This document shows, piece by piece, positions 36,220-46,211 of a stretch of DNA of 64,000 nucleotides. How positions within the stretch are numbered: the stretch's first letter is position 1; the number at the start of each line of letters is the position of its first letter. The position numbers and the translations under genes were made by a program. The notes beneath the pieces are model-generated. The model was not told the DNA's origin, searched no databases, and saw only the letters and a program-made list of their open reading frames with translations. Source of the stretch: Oscillospiraceae bacterium (lineage in GTDB: Bacteria > Bacteroidota > Bacteroidia > Bacteroidales > WCHB1-69); assembly GCA_963603365.1 (NCBI GenBank), contig CAVCMI010000006.1, positions 82 through 64,081 of the forward strand. Reading direction: 5' to 3'.

Positions 36220-38424
36220 ATGAAAAACTTTACTGATAAGGAGATTCACCAGACCCTGAAAACAGTCTTCGGCTTTGACAAGTTCAAGGGAGAACAGCTG
36301 AAAGTCATCAAGGCTTTGCTGAAAGGGAAAGACTGTTTTGTCATTATGCCTACCGGCGGGGGAAAGTCTATGTGCTACCAGCTTCCGGCCATGATGAAGG
36401 AGGGTACGGCTATCATCATATCGCCGCTTATTGCTTTGATGAAGAATCAGGTGGACGCCATCCGCGGTTTCGGAGCCGAAAACGGCATCGCCCATTTTCT
36501 CAACTCCTCGCTTACAAAACAGGAGATCAATGAGGTGCGGCAGGATCTGCTTGCCGGGAAAACGAAACTGCTCTATGTGGCGCCGGAATCTTTGACCAAG
36601 GAAGAGAATGTCCATTTTTTCCAAGACATAAACATATCCTTCTATGCCATTGACGAGGCGCACTGCATTTCGGAATGGGGGCACGATTTCCGCCCGGAAT
36701 ACCGTCGCATCAGAGCCATCATCGACAAAATCGGGCAGAAAGTGCCGGTGATTGCGCTTACGGCTACAGCCACACCGAAAGTCCAGGCCGACATACAGAA
36801 GAATTTGGGCATGCTCAAGGCAGAGGTGTTCATCTCTTCATTCAACCGTCCGAACCTCTACTATGAAATCCGCGAGAAGACGAAAGACGTGGACAAGGAT
36901 GTGGTGAAGTTCATCAACAGCCATCCCGGAAAGTCCGGCATCATCTATTGTCTGAGCCGCAAAAAGGTCGAGGAGCTTGCCACGTTCCTGCAGGCCAACC
37001 AGATCAAGGCGTTGCCGTACCATGCCGGCCTCGATTCCAAGACGCGCGTGCAGAACCAGGACGATTTCCTGATGGAGAAAGCAGATGTCATTGTCGCCAC
37101 CATTGCTTTCGGCATGGGCATCGACAAGCCTGACGTGCGCTATGTGATCCATTATGACATGCCCAAGAGCCTTGAGGGCTACTATCAAGAGACCGGCCGC
37201 GCCGGCCGCGATGACGGAGAGGGGCTTTGCATCGCTTTCTATGACTACAAAGACCTGCACAAACTCGAGAAATTCTCCAACAAGAAGGCGGTGGCCGAAC
37301 AGGAAATCGTAAAGGAACTGCTTGCAGAAACCGCCGCATACGCTGAAACTACCAGCTGCCGCCGCAAACACCTGCTTCACTATTTCGGCGAAAGCTATAA
37401 CGAGGAGAACTGCCACAACTGCGACAACTGCAATAACCCTAAAGTGAAGATGAATGCTTCTGAACAGATTCTGCTTGCGCTGGACGTGATCCAGACCGTC
37501 AAGCAGCAGTTCAAGGAGGAGCAGATCGTAGACATCATCACGGGCAACAAGACCACTTCCATAGTGAAGTTCAAGCACAACAAGCTTAAGCAGTTTGGCG
37601 AGGGACAAGAGTATGACGCCAAATTCTGGTCCAACATTGTCCGGCTTGCCATCTTCGATGACCTTATTGTCAAGGACGTGGAGAACTATGGACTGCTCAA
37701 AATCACCCCGAAAGGAGAAAAATATATGGTCAACCCGTATTCCATCCAGACTATCAAGCCCGTGAGAGAGGGGGATGACAACGACGACAAGGATGTGGAC
37801 AGCCCGGTGGTGGGCGGTGTCGAAGATGCTTTTGACAAAACCTTGTTCAGCCTCCTCAAAGACCTCCGCAAAGACATATCCCGATCCGAAAACATCCCGC
37901 CGTTCGTGATATTCCAGGACCCGTCGCTTGAAGACATGTGCATCCAGTACCCTACCACTATGGAAGAGATGACCCACATCTCCGGCGTGGGGATGGGAAA
38001 GGCGCAGAAGTATGGGAAGCGTTTCATTGAACTTATCAAGAAGTATGTAGACGATAACGAGATAGAACGTCCGCAGGACTTTGTAGTCCGTTCCGTGGTC
38101 AAGAAATCTGCCATCAAGGTTTTCATTATCCAGAGCATTGACCGCAAGTTGAGCTTCGAGGACATCGCCATCGCCAAGGGGCTCGACATGAACGAGCTGC
38201 TCACGGAAATAGAGATGATTGTCTCTTCAGGAACGAAGATAGACATCGGCTACTATATCGACGAAGAGATTGAACCGTATCATCAGGAAGAGATACTGGA
38301 TTATTTTGCCAATGCGGAATCGGATTCTGTAGATTTGGCCCTGCGCGAGCTGGGTGAGGACGAATATTCAATGGAGGAGATACGCATTATGCGCATCAAG
38401 TATCTCTCTGATGTAGGAAATTGA
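36220..38424 (+). CDS. recQ: ATP-dependent DNA helicase RecQ
   Basis: 734 aa. DEAH box (IDEAHCISEWGHDFRPEY), RecQ zinc-binding Cys cluster (CRRKHLLHYF...CHNCDNC), and a C-terminal HRDC-like region. Confidence 0.95.
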   Translation: MKNFTDKEIHQTLKTVFGFDKFKGEQLKVIKALLKGKDCFVIMPTGGGKSMCYQLPAMMKEGTAIIISPLIALMKNQVDAIRGFGAENGIAHFLNSSLTKQEINEVRQDLLAGKTKLLYVAPESLTKEENVHFFQDINISFYAIDEAHCISEWGHDFRPEYRRIRAIIDKIGQKVPVIALTATATPKVQADIQKNLGMLKAEVFISSFNRPNLYYEIREKTKDVDKDVVKFINSHPGKSGIIYCLSRKKVEELATFLQANQIKALPYHAGLDSKTRVQNQDDFLMEKADVIVATIAFGMGIDKPDVRYVIHYDMPKSLEGYYQETGRAGRDDGEGLCIAFYDYKDLHKLEKFSNKKAVAEQEIVKELLAETAAYAETTSCRRKHLLHYFGESYNEENCHNCDNCNNPKVKMNASEQILLALDVIQTVKQQFKEEQIVDIITGNKTTSIVKFKHNKLKQFGEGQEYDAKFWSNIVRLAIFDDLIVKDVENYGLLKITPKGEKYMVNPYSIQTIKPVREGDDNDDKDVDSPVVGGVEDAFDKTLFSLLKDLRKDISRSENIPPFVIFQDPSLEDMCIQYPTTMEEMTHISGVGMGKAQKYGKRFIELIKKYVDDNEIERPQDFVVRSVVKKSAIKVFIIQSIDRKLSFEDIAIAKGLDMNELLTEIEMIVSSGTKIDIGYYIDEEIEPYHQEEILDYFANAESDSVDLALRELGEDEYSMEEIRIMRIKYLSDVGN

Positions 38425-38446
38425 TTTATTTACAATTACGATTTAT

Positions 38447-39130
38447 ATGGATAATTATCAAGAGAATCAAGTACAGGAGAATCCCGCTGTTTTTGGGCCG
38501 GAAGAGGAGACGTGCCGTACAAAAAAGTGCAAGTGCGGGTGCAAGGCCGGCATCATTTGCCATGTGGTCACGCTCGCCGCAGTAGTGGCGCTGTTTATTT
38601 TGCATTTCACCGGTGGGAAGAAGCCGAACAATGCTGTTGCCGTGAACGTCACTCCCGGCAACGGTGACATCGTTTATGTGAACATCGACTCCATCAATAC
38701 GGGTTATGAGATGGTTTCGTTGTTGACGGACAGTATAGAGGCGGAGAAGCAGAAACAGACCGTCAATTTCCAGAACCGCCAGAAAAAGTTGGAAACGAAG
38801 TTTGCCAATTACCAGCACAATGTGCAGACGGGCCAGCTTACGGCACAGCAGGCACAGTATGCAGAGGCGTCCCTTCAGCAGGAGAGTCAGGCCTTGCAGA
38901 GCGACTATGCCCAGGCCGTGGAGTCGCTCGAGGCACGCTATGCCGCAGCGATGAGTCAGATCGCCGATTCGCTCAAGGCGGCAGCCCTGCGTGTGAACGC
39001 CAAATACAACGCCTCGTTCGTGTTCTCATACGGCAACGGCGGACAGATGATATGCGCCGACCCCACGAAGGACATTACCGCCGAGGTGCTCGACGAATTG
39101 AACAAGCCCTTTAAGAAAAAGAAGAGATGA
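38447..39130 (+). CDS. OmpH/Skp-like periplasmic chaperone family protein
   Basis: 227 aa. N-terminal hydrophobic anchor. Gln-rich coiled coil (QKKLETKFANYQHNVQTGQLTAQQAQYAEASLQQESQALQ). Confidence 0.6.
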   Translation: MDNYQENQVQENPAVFGPEEETCRTKKCKCGCKAGIICHVVTLAAVVALFILHFTGGKKPNNAVAVNVTPGNGDIVYVNIDSINTGYEMVSLLTDSIEAEKQKQTVNFQNRQKKLETKFANYQHNVQTGQLTAQQAQYAEASLQQESQALQSDYAQAVESLEARYAAAMSQIADSLKAAALRVNAKYNASFVFSYGNGGQMICADPTKDITAEVLDELNKPFKKKKR

Positions 39131-39714
39131 CAACAAGACAGACAGATCCGAAAAAGAGGAAACGGACAGTCGCCGCAATCGTCGCTGCGGCAGCCGTTGC
39201 GGCCGCGCTTCTTGTATGGCTGATTGTGGCGCTTGTGACACGCAACGCCGTCGAGAACAAAGTGTCTGAGGAGCAAGATGCCGGCGAACTGGCCGCTCTG
39301 CACGTCTTCCCGCCTATAGAGTTTGCAGACTCTCTGTATTATAAGAAAGAAATCGTCTCCTACAAGAACGAAAAGCCTTGCGACGTGTTCTATTACGAAA
39401 AAGACAGTCTTGGACAGCCCACGAACGTGAAGGTGCACGAGACGCATTACTATCCGGAAGAAAAAGTCTATATTGACGGCAATATAAAGGACAACGAACG
39501 CGACGGGCTTTGGTATGCGTACCACAAGAACGGCAATGTTCAGACGATGGCTCACTACAAAAACGGCCGGCCTGACGGTCTTTATGCCGTGTATCACGAG
39601 AACGGCAATGTCTATTACACCGGCCAGTACAAGGAGGGCAAGCGCACAGGAGTGTGGAAGTTCTATGATGAGAAAGAAAAGTTGGTGCGTACAGAGAATT
39701 TTGACCAAAAATAA
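39127..39714 (+). CDS. MORN-variant repeat protein (YwqK-family naming in databases)
   Basis: 195 aa. ATGA overlap with the upstream stop. TM helix, then repeats (GLWYAYHKNGNVQTMAHYKNGRPDGLYAVYHENGNVYYTGQYKEGKRTGVWKFY). Confidence 0.7.
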   Translation: MTTRQTDPKKRKRTVAAIVAAAAVAAALLVWLIVALVTRNAVENKVSEEQDAGELAALHVFPPIEFADSLYYKKEIVSYKNEKPCDVFYYEKDSLGQPTNVKVHETHYYPEEKVYIDGNIKDNERDGLWYAYHKNGNVQTMAHYKNGRPDGLYAVYHENGNVYYTGQYKEGKRTGVWKFYDEKEKLVRTENFDQK

Positions 39715-39751
39715 TCCACAATAATCTAATAATCTAAATACAATAAAGAAT

Positions 39752-41128
39752 ATGGAAATACCTTTTGCAGAAGCGTGGAAAATCAAGATGGTGGAACCCA
39801 TCAAGAAGTCCACAAGAGAAGAACGCGAGAAATGGCTTGCAGAAGCCTACAACAACATTTTCATGCTGAAGTCCGACCAAGTTTATATCGACCTTTGTAC
39901 AGACTCCGGGACCGGCGCCATGAGCGACCGTCAATGGGCTGCAATGATGATGGGCGACGAGAGCTATGCCGGCGCCCGCAGCTTTACCCACATGAAAGAC
40001 ACGATTACCGAAATCACAGGCTTCGATTACGTGATACCGACACATCAAGGCCGTGCTGCCGAGAACGTGCTGTTCTCTTATCTGGTGAAGCCGGGCAACA
40101 TCGTGCCGGGCAACGCCCATTTTGACACCACAAAGGGACATATCGAGAGCCGCAAGGCATTCGCCATTGATGTCACTTGCGATGAAGCGCATGACACACA
40201 GCTTGAGATGCCGTTCAAGGGAAATGTCAGTCTTGAGAAACTCGAGAAGGTGTTGAAAGAGAACCGGGGCAATGTGCCGTTTATGGTTCTTACAGTCACG
40301 AACAACACGGTCGGCGGCCAGCCGGTCAGCATGCAGAACATCCGCGAGACCTGCGAGCTCTGCCACAAATACGGCGTGCCCGTCAACATCGACTCTGCCC
40401 GCTTTATCGAGAACTCCTATTTCATCAAGACTCGCGAAAAAGGATACGAGAACAAGACGCTGGCTGAAATCGCGAAGGAGATGTTCAGTTATGCTGACGG
40501 AATGACAATGTCAGCCAAGAAAGACGGTCTGGTGAATATGGGCGGCTTTATCGCAACCAGAAAGCAAGAATGGTACGAAGGCGCCAAGATGTTCTGCATT
40601 CCGTTTGAGGGCTTCCTGACCTACGGCGGCATGAACGGACGCGACATGGATGCTTTGGCTGTGGGCTTGCGCGAGAACCTGGAGTTCACGATGGTGGAGA
40701 CCCGCGTGAAACAAGTAGCGTACCTGGCCGGCAAACTCGACGAGTACGGCATCCCTTACCAGCGCCCGGCCGGCGGACATGCCATCTTTGTGGATGCTGA
40801 CAAGGTGTTGACCCACGTCCCCAAAGAGGAGTTCCCGGCACAGACGCTCACCTGCGAGCTTTACCTCGAGTCGGGCATCCGTGCCTGCGAGATCGGCTAT
40901 GTGCTCGCAGACAGAGACCCTGTGACACGCGAGAACCGTTTCGGCGGTCTCGACTTCGTGCGCCTTTGCATCCCGAGACGCGTTTACACTAACAACCACA
41001 TGGATGTGATTGCCGCATCTCTCAAGAATGTGTATGACCGCCGCGAAAGCATCAAGCGTGGTCTCGAAATCACTTGGGAAGCAGAACTGATGCGCCATTT
41101 CACCTGCCAGTTCAAACGCCTTAAATAA
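39752..41128 (+). CDS. tnaA: Tryptophanase (beta-eliminating lyase family)
   Basis: 458 aa. N-terminus MEIPFAEAWKIKMVEPI. PLP-lysine context MSAKKDGLVNMGG. Confidence 0.85.
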   Translation: MEIPFAEAWKIKMVEPIKKSTREEREKWLAEAYNNIFMLKSDQVYIDLCTDSGTGAMSDRQWAAMMMGDESYAGARSFTHMKDTITEITGFDYVIPTHQGRAAENVLFSYLVKPGNIVPGNAHFDTTKGHIESRKAFAIDVTCDEAHDTQLEMPFKGNVSLEKLEKVLKENRGNVPFMVLTVTNNTVGGQPVSMQNIRETCELCHKYGVPVNIDSARFIENSYFIKTREKGYENKTLAEIAKEMFSYADGMTMSAKKDGLVNMGGFIATRKQEWYEGAKMFCIPFEGFLTYGGMNGRDMDALAVGLRENLEFTMVETRVKQVAYLAGKLDEYGIPYQRPAGGHAIFVDADKVLTHVPKEEFPAQTLTCELYLESGIRACEIGYVLADRDPVTRENRFGGLDFVRLCIPRRVYTNNHMDVIAASLKNVYDRRESIKRGLEITWEAELMRHFTCQFKRLK

Positions 41129-41133
41129 GAAGA

Positions 41134-41700
41134 ATGCTCATTGTTGGGGATGTTCTCGTTTCGGACGAACTTGTTGACAAGAGTTTTTGTTGTGACTTGC
41201 CGGAATGCCGGGGAGCGTGCTGCGTGGAGGGCGATGCCGGAGCGCCGCTGACCCCGGAAGAGCCGGCCGACCTGGACGAGAATTACCATATATTCAGAAA
41301 ATACATGACCCGCGAAGGTGTTGCCACGGTCGAGCAGAACGGCGACACCTTCGTGTTTGACAACGGGGAATTCATGACCCCGCTGATGCCGCATGACGCC
41401 GCCTGTGCGTTTTCGTTTTTTGAAAACGGCATCTGCAAATGTGCCATAGAGACGGCTTTCCTTAAAGGCGAAATCCCGTTCCGTAAACCGGTCTCGTGCT
41501 TCCTTTATCCGGTCAGGGAGAGCAAAGTTGGCAAGTATATTGCGCTTAACTACCACCATTGGGATATCTGCGCTTCCGCCTGCCGAAAAGGAAGAGAACT
41601 GTCGCTGCCTGTTTACCGATATCTTAAGGTTCCTCTGGAGCAAAGATTCGGCAAGGAGTGGTACCGGCACCTTTGCGAAGCCGTCAGCCAAAGAACCTGA
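41134..41700 (+). CDS. DUF3109 family Cys-rich protein
   Basis: 188 aa. FCCDLPECRGACCVEG N-terminal cluster that I recognise as DUF3109. Confidence 0.65.
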   Translation: MLIVGDVLVSDELVDKSFCCDLPECRGACCVEGDAGAPLTPEEPADLDENYHIFRKYMTREGVATVEQNGDTFVFDNGEFMTPLMPHDAACAFSFFENGICKCAIETAFLKGEIPFRKPVSCFLYPVRESKVGKYIALNYHHWDICASACRKGRELSLPVYRYLKVPLEQRFGKEWYRHLCEAVSQRT

Positions 41701-41712
41701 ATTAGACAATAA

Positions 41713-42783
41713 ATGAAAAAAAACATAATACTGCTGCTGCTCATGCTGCTGCCGGGGTTGACGGCATTCTCCCAAAAAGAGTACGAGCTGATAGCGCACC
41801 GCAAAGTAGTCGAAAACGGCTACAATTTCTGGCTTTCTGTGCCGGAAACATACGAGGATACAAAAGAAAAGATGCCGGTGGTGCTTTTCCTGCATGGCAA
41901 CAGTCTGTGCGGAAACGACCTGAACAGAGTACGCAAATATGGCTGTCTTGACGCGCTCGCTATGGGAAGAACCATCAACGCGCTGATTGTGGCGCCGCAG
42001 AACCCCGGCGGTCCATGGAAACCGGCCAAGATCAACAATGTGCTCGACTGGGTGCAGAACCACTATGATTTGGACACGAACCGCATTTATGTAATCGGCA
42101 TGAGTCTTGGCGGATATGGCACGTTCGAGTATGTGGCAACCTACCCTGAGCGCGTGGCGGCGGCTATGGCGCTGTGCGGCGGCAGCAACCTCAAAAGCCA
42201 TTGCAGCCTCAATCAGGTGCCGCTATGGATCATTCACGGGACCGCCGACCGCGCCGTGTCTGTGTCTTGCTCGCAACGCATCGTAAATGACATGAAAAGC
42301 TGCGGAGACACCGGCTTGCTTCGTTTCGACAAGTTGAAAGGCGTCAACCATAGCCAATTGGCTAAGATGTTCTATCTGCCGCAGACCTATGAATGGCTCT
42401 TCAGCCACTCCAAGGCTGATATGCCGCGAACCGTAAACAAAGACATCCCCATTTCGGTGGCCACGCTGAATACGGCGTACCAGAATATCGACCGTAAGGC
42501 CAATACGCTGGTTGTAATGGAACCAAACAAGTTCATTGTTACAGATACTTCCGGCAAGAGCAGTCAGGATAAACTTGATACGGCCAAAGCATGCAATGCC
42601 GCCTCTTTGCAAAGCGAAAGCACGGATTCAGACTCTGCGCCGCAGTATCACAAGGTGAAGCAAGGTGACACGTTGTCAGCCATCGCACGCCGTTATCACA
42701 CCACAGTGTCAAAGTTGTGCCAACTAAACAAGATAAAGGAGACAGGCATCCTCTCTATCGGGCAGAATATAAGGGTGAAATAG
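41713..42783 (+). CDS. Secreted alpha/beta-hydrolase (esterase-like) with C-terminal LysM domain
   Basis: 356 aa. Signal peptide. Nucleophile elbow GMSLGG. LysM domain (YHKVKQGDTLSAIARRYHTTVSKLCQLNKI). Confidence 0.65.
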   Translation: MKKNIILLLLMLLPGLTAFSQKEYELIAHRKVVENGYNFWLSVPETYEDTKEKMPVVLFLHGNSLCGNDLNRVRKYGCLDALAMGRTINALIVAPQNPGGPWKPAKINNVLDWVQNHYDLDTNRIYVIGMSLGGYGTFEYVATYPERVAAAMALCGGSNLKSHCSLNQVPLWIIHGTADRAVSVSCSQRIVNDMKSCGDTGLLRFDKLKGVNHSQLAKMFYLPQTYEWLFSHSKADMPRTVNKDIPISVATLNTAYQNIDRKANTLVVMEPNKFIVTDTSGKSSQDKLDTAKACNAASLQSESTDSDSAPQYHKVKQGDTLSAIARRYHTTVSKLCQLNKIKETGILSIGQNIRVK

Positions 42784-42795
42784 AGGATAAGCAGC

Positions 42796-44883
42796 CTACC
42801 GCAGCAAGGTGACGCTGCCTCGGAGCTGCCGCATGCCGCCTTGCACATCCATATAGTCGATGATATAAACATAAACCCCTGCCGGAGCATGGGAACCGTC
42901 CATGTTGTTGCCGTCCCATCCCGCTGCCGGGTCGTTAGTCCGGAAAACCGTCTTGCCGAACCGCGAAATGACGGTGAAGGCATAGCGTTCGCTGGACACG
43001 AAAGCGTTTACAGGTCTGAATACCTCATTGAGTCCGTCATAGTTGGGCGTGAAAGCATTGGGCATTATAATGGTGGACGCCTGTTGCAGGGTGACATAGT
43101 TGGAAGCGCTGCTTTCTTCAAAGCCGTAGCTGTCGTGACTTTCCCGTGCAACGATGCAGTAGGTAAACTTGGATCCGGTTTCTGACATTTCGGCCACGTT
43201 GTCGGTGTAAGCATTGCGGGGAAGCGGCGGCAGGTCACCGGTAAGTTGCAGGAAACTGTTTTCGTATTCGGTTTTCAGCAGCACTTCGTAATGGCTTACT
43301 TCGCCGTCCCATCCCTCATAGCCTTGCCATTGGAGGTTGCATTGGTGAGCCGCGTCAGTTGTTCCGGAAAGCAGGATATTGTGCGAAATGTTGGAGATGC
43401 CGGATTCTATGCCGCAGTCGCTGCTGATGACACATGTGCGGTAGTAATAGACTTTCGACGTGAAGTCGGCGGTAGTGTCCCTGAATTCATACTCGGCCTG
43501 ATTATTGTAGGGCAGTTCGGCAATGGGCGTGAAACTGATGCCGTCGTCGCTTCGATGCAGCAACAGTTTTTCGAACGGATAATCATCGCCGGAGGTGTGT
43601 ACCTTGACGGTGATGTATGCATTGTCGGTGACGGATACGGAGCGAATGTAGGTTTCGTCGGGGGAGTCTTCATTTTCGATGCGGAAGTTCATGCGGTTGC
43701 TGCTTGCCGTGATGCTGCTGTCTTGGTTTACGGCGCGAACGAAAGCGCGGTACTCGATGCCGGTTTCAAGGTTTTCGAGTGTAAAATCCGGCGTGGCAGC
43801 GTTGCCGGCGCAGCGGTATGTGGCTCCGCCGTCCGTGCTGAGGAAGATGCGGTACTCCAGAAGACCGCCAGACATGTTGGCATAGCCTCCCCAGTGCAAC
43901 TGCGCGCTCTTGCGGCAGGCATCCGTTGCCGGCGTGGCCAGCACCATGTTCGACTGCGGTTCTTCGGTCATGTTAGAGCAGTTGTTGCAGGAGTCGAGGA
44001 CGGCGATCTTGTACCCGCGCTGCTCTGCGGAGGGGTTCAGCGCGGGGTCGGGCCATTGTGTGGCGTTGAAGACCGTGTCCAAAAAAACGCCGCCGCCGAT
44101 GCCGTCATCCTGATATACGATATAGGCCCACATGTAAGGTTCGGCACTGTGGAAACCTAACAGCACGGTATTGTCCTCTGTTACCGAAACACTGTCGAGA
44201 GCCGGCACCAGGGGCTTTATGTTGTCGTAGAGTTTGATGGTTTTGATCTTCGATGTGAAGTAGCAGGCATTGCTGCCAGAGGTGCTGGTGTGGTTGGTGA
44301 TGCCGATCTGGTAAGAGATATTGCGGTTGCATACGTCTGAGGTGTCAAGGAACGAAGGGGCAGTGTTGGTGAAGGGGATGGAGGCCACGGGTGACCGGTA
44401 GTCGAAATCCTCTTCGAACTCCCGTTTCTTGTAAACGCAGTAGCAAGAGTCCCAAGTCGCACTCATAGTGCCGTTGGTGAGCGCGGGCCACTCGAGGAGC
44501 GCGCCGCTGCTGTCGCGGCCGTCAATGGTGCGCGGGGTGACGGTGAGGCTCAAGGTGGTTAGCGTGTTCGACCTTACGCTGTCGGTGCTGCTGCTGTTTT
44601 TGGCCATGATGTGACACGAATATGTCTCTGCCGTGGAGGAGAGTGCGATCCGCGTGTTTCCGATAATCACGGCTGCCGACTGGTTGAGCGTGGCGGCTTT
44701 TGTGCCGTTGATGTAGATGTCGTAGATGTCAGAGCCGACGTTGCCCGGATTGTCCCAAGTCCAGGAGATTTCCAGCTGTGTGTTGTTTGTTACGGGCTTT
44801 ATGCACTGAAGAACGGGCGGTTCTACGGCAAAAGCTCCCTTCAAGGAAAGAAGAAGTCCAAGAATGGCGAGTGTTTTCTTCAT
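42796..44883 (-). CDS. Secreted multi-Fn3/Ig-like protein with T9SS type B C-terminal sorting domain
   Basis: 695 aa. Signal peptide. Repeated beta-sandwich-like segments. The C-terminal 91 aa match the gliding-motility-associated CTD pattern (MPNAFTPNYDGLNEVF...GWDGN...GVYVYII...GSVTLLR). Confidence 0.8.
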   Translation of the reverse strand: MKKTLAILGLLLSLKGAFAVEPPVLQCIKPVTNNTQLEISWTWDNPGNVGSDIYDIYINGTKAATLNQSAAVIIGNTRIALSSTAETYSCHIMAKNSSSTDSVRSNTLTTLSLTVTPRTIDGRDSSGALLEWPALTNGTMSATWDSCYCVYKKREFEEDFDYRSPVASIPFTNTAPSFLDTSDVCNRNISYQIGITNHTSTSGSNACYFTSKIKTIKLYDNIKPLVPALDSVSVTEDNTVLLGFHSAEPYMWAYIVYQDDGIGGGVFLDTVFNATQWPDPALNPSAEQRGYKIAVLDSCNNCSNMTEEPQSNMVLATPATDACRKSAQLHWGGYANMSGGLLEYRIFLSTDGGATYRCAGNAATPDFTLENLETGIEYRAFVRAVNQDSSITASSNRMNFRIENEDSPDETYIRSVSVTDNAYITVKVHTSGDDYPFEKLLLHRSDDGISFTPIAELPYNNQAEYEFRDTTADFTSKVYYYRTCVISSDCGIESGISNISHNILLSGTTDAAHQCNLQWQGYEGWDGEVSHYEVLLKTEYENSFLQLTGDLPPLPRNAYTDNVAEMSETGSKFTYCIVARESHDSYGFEESSASNYVTLQQASTIIMPNAFTPNYDGLNEVFRPVNAFVSSERYAFTVISRFGKTVFRTNDPAAGWDGNNMDGSHAPAGVYVYIIDYMDVQGGMRQLRGSVTLLR
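42799..43071 (-). other. Segment encoding a T9SS type B CTD (TIGR04131-like)
   Basis: PNAFTPNxDGxN...WDG...G.Y.Y...G.vtLlR pattern read in the translated sequence. Confidence 0.75.
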
Positions 44884-46211
44884 AGGGGTTTCAGGTTGTC
44901 GGTTTTTCCAACGACGATTCTTGCGAAATTATTGCATTCGAAATACTTTTGGGCCAAAGACTGCAGCTGTTCTGGCGAGATGCTCCGTATCAGGCGGATG
45001 GTTTCGGTAAATTCGCGCTCGTCGGTGCCGTGATGATGCCAGAATGAATATTTTTTGGTGTAGGAAACGGAATTTTCAACACTGCGGAGCATCTCACCCA
45101 GGAGGTAGTTGCGGGCAGACTCCAGTTCTTCGCCGCTGATCGTTGTCATCCTCAGGCGTTCAGTCTCTTCGAGACAGGCATCGACGGCGTCTTGGGTGTG
45201 TTCAGCGTTGACGTCGCTGTTGATGATGAACAGCGACTGGCCGCCGAAATAGACGGAGCCTGCCGACACGCCATAGGTATAGCCGTTCCGCTCTCTGAGG
45301 TTCTGCATCAGACGTGAGCCGAAGTAGCCGCCCAGCACGGTGGAGAGGATGGAAAAACCCTGCCGGTCGGGGTGCATATAGCCTATGCACGGCATGCAGA
45401 GCGTGATGGACGACTGTACGCTTCCCGGCATCTCTTCGGCAATGACAGGCGAGCGGTCGGCGGGCATCTGTATATGCGCCAAGGGCAATGCCGGTTGCCC
45501 ATGAGGCACTTGGGCAAACAGGCCGCAGATGCACGCTTCGGTGTCGCCGTCTAAATTGCCGGTGATGAAAAGGCTCAGGTTCTCAGCAATGAAAGTGTTG
45601 CTGTGAAATGCCTCAATGTCTTGTACGGTGACGGCTTGAAGGTTTTCGCGTGTGGAGAATTGCCCTGCCGTAAGCCCGTCGCCGAACATGGCGTGGAGCA
45701 TAAGCCGGGTGTTGCGCACATCGTTTTTTTGCGAGTTGTATTCAAGGTCTTTGATCTTGAGTTGCTTGTAACGTTCGAGGTTCTCCTCCCGGTAGTAGGG
45801 TGAAGCCATGCAGCGGTAAACCTTCGGCAATACGGTCGGCACGTTGCGTTTGGGCACGGTGAGGAGCATCGTGGTTTTGTCGAGGGTTTCCGACACGGTT
45901 AGATAGGCCCCGTAGAAGTCCATGAACGCCGACATCTCGTCGGAAGTGCAGTCGGGCGAGCTCTCTTTCAGGAGCGCGTAGGCGAAGAGGGCGGTGTGCT
46001 TGGTCTGCTCATAGAGGATGCCGGTGCGTATGGAGACTACAATGTGGATGAGTTCCAGCTGGCTGTTGTCGAAGAGGAGTGCCGGGATGCCGTTCGGGAG
46101 CGTCTGTTGCCGCGGGGCGGTGAGGCGGAGGTCTGTGACGGGGTTGAGCGGGGGAGGTGCAGTTCTGTCTATTTGTTGCATGATGTTATCGGATGAGTAG
46201 TATTTGACCAT
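44880..46211 (-). CDS. M16 (pitrilysin) family peptidase homologue with degenerate zinc motif
   Basis: 443 aa (alternative ATG at 46181). M16 two-domain layout. The position of HxxEH reads HTALF, so the Glu and the second His are absent. ATGA overlap with the downstream gene. Confidence 0.7.
   Translation of the reverse strand: MVKYYSSDNIMQQIDRTAPPPLNPVTDLRLTAPRQQTLPNGIPALLFDNSQLELIHIVVSIRTGILYEQTKHTALFAYALLKESSPDCTSDEMSAFMDFYGAYLTVSETLDKTTMLLTVPKRNVPTVLPKVYRCMASPYYREENLERYKQLKIKDLEYNSQKNDVRNTRLMLHAMFGDGLTAGQFSTRENLQAVTVQDIEAFHSNTFIAENLSLFITGNLDGDTEACICGLFAQVPHGQPALPLAHIQMPADRSPVIAEEMPGSVQSSITLCMPCIGYMHPDRQGFSILSTVLGGYFGSRLMQNLRERNGYTYGVSAGSVYFGGQSLFIINSDVNAEHTQDAVDACLEETERLRMTTISGEELESARNYLLGEMLRSVENSVSYTKKYSFWHHHGTDEREFTETIRLIRSISPEQLQSLAQKYFECNNFARIVVGKTDNLKPL

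Noticed and set aside
36838-37977. 379-aa antisense ORF within recQ. Comparable antisense ORFs lie at 38956-39813, 40984-42201, 43246-44160 and 30174-30911.
   Set aside because: Each lies opposite a confidently identified gene (recQ, ompH/MORN, tnaA/DUF3109/hydrolase, type B CTD protein, gldK) and lacks any recognisable features.
39127-39714. YwqK-family 'antitoxin' naming suggests a toxin-antitoxin system.
   Set aside because: No YwqJ-like or other toxin gene is adjacent. The protein is a membrane-anchored MORN-variant repeat protein coupled to an OmpH-like gene, so a TA module is not supported.
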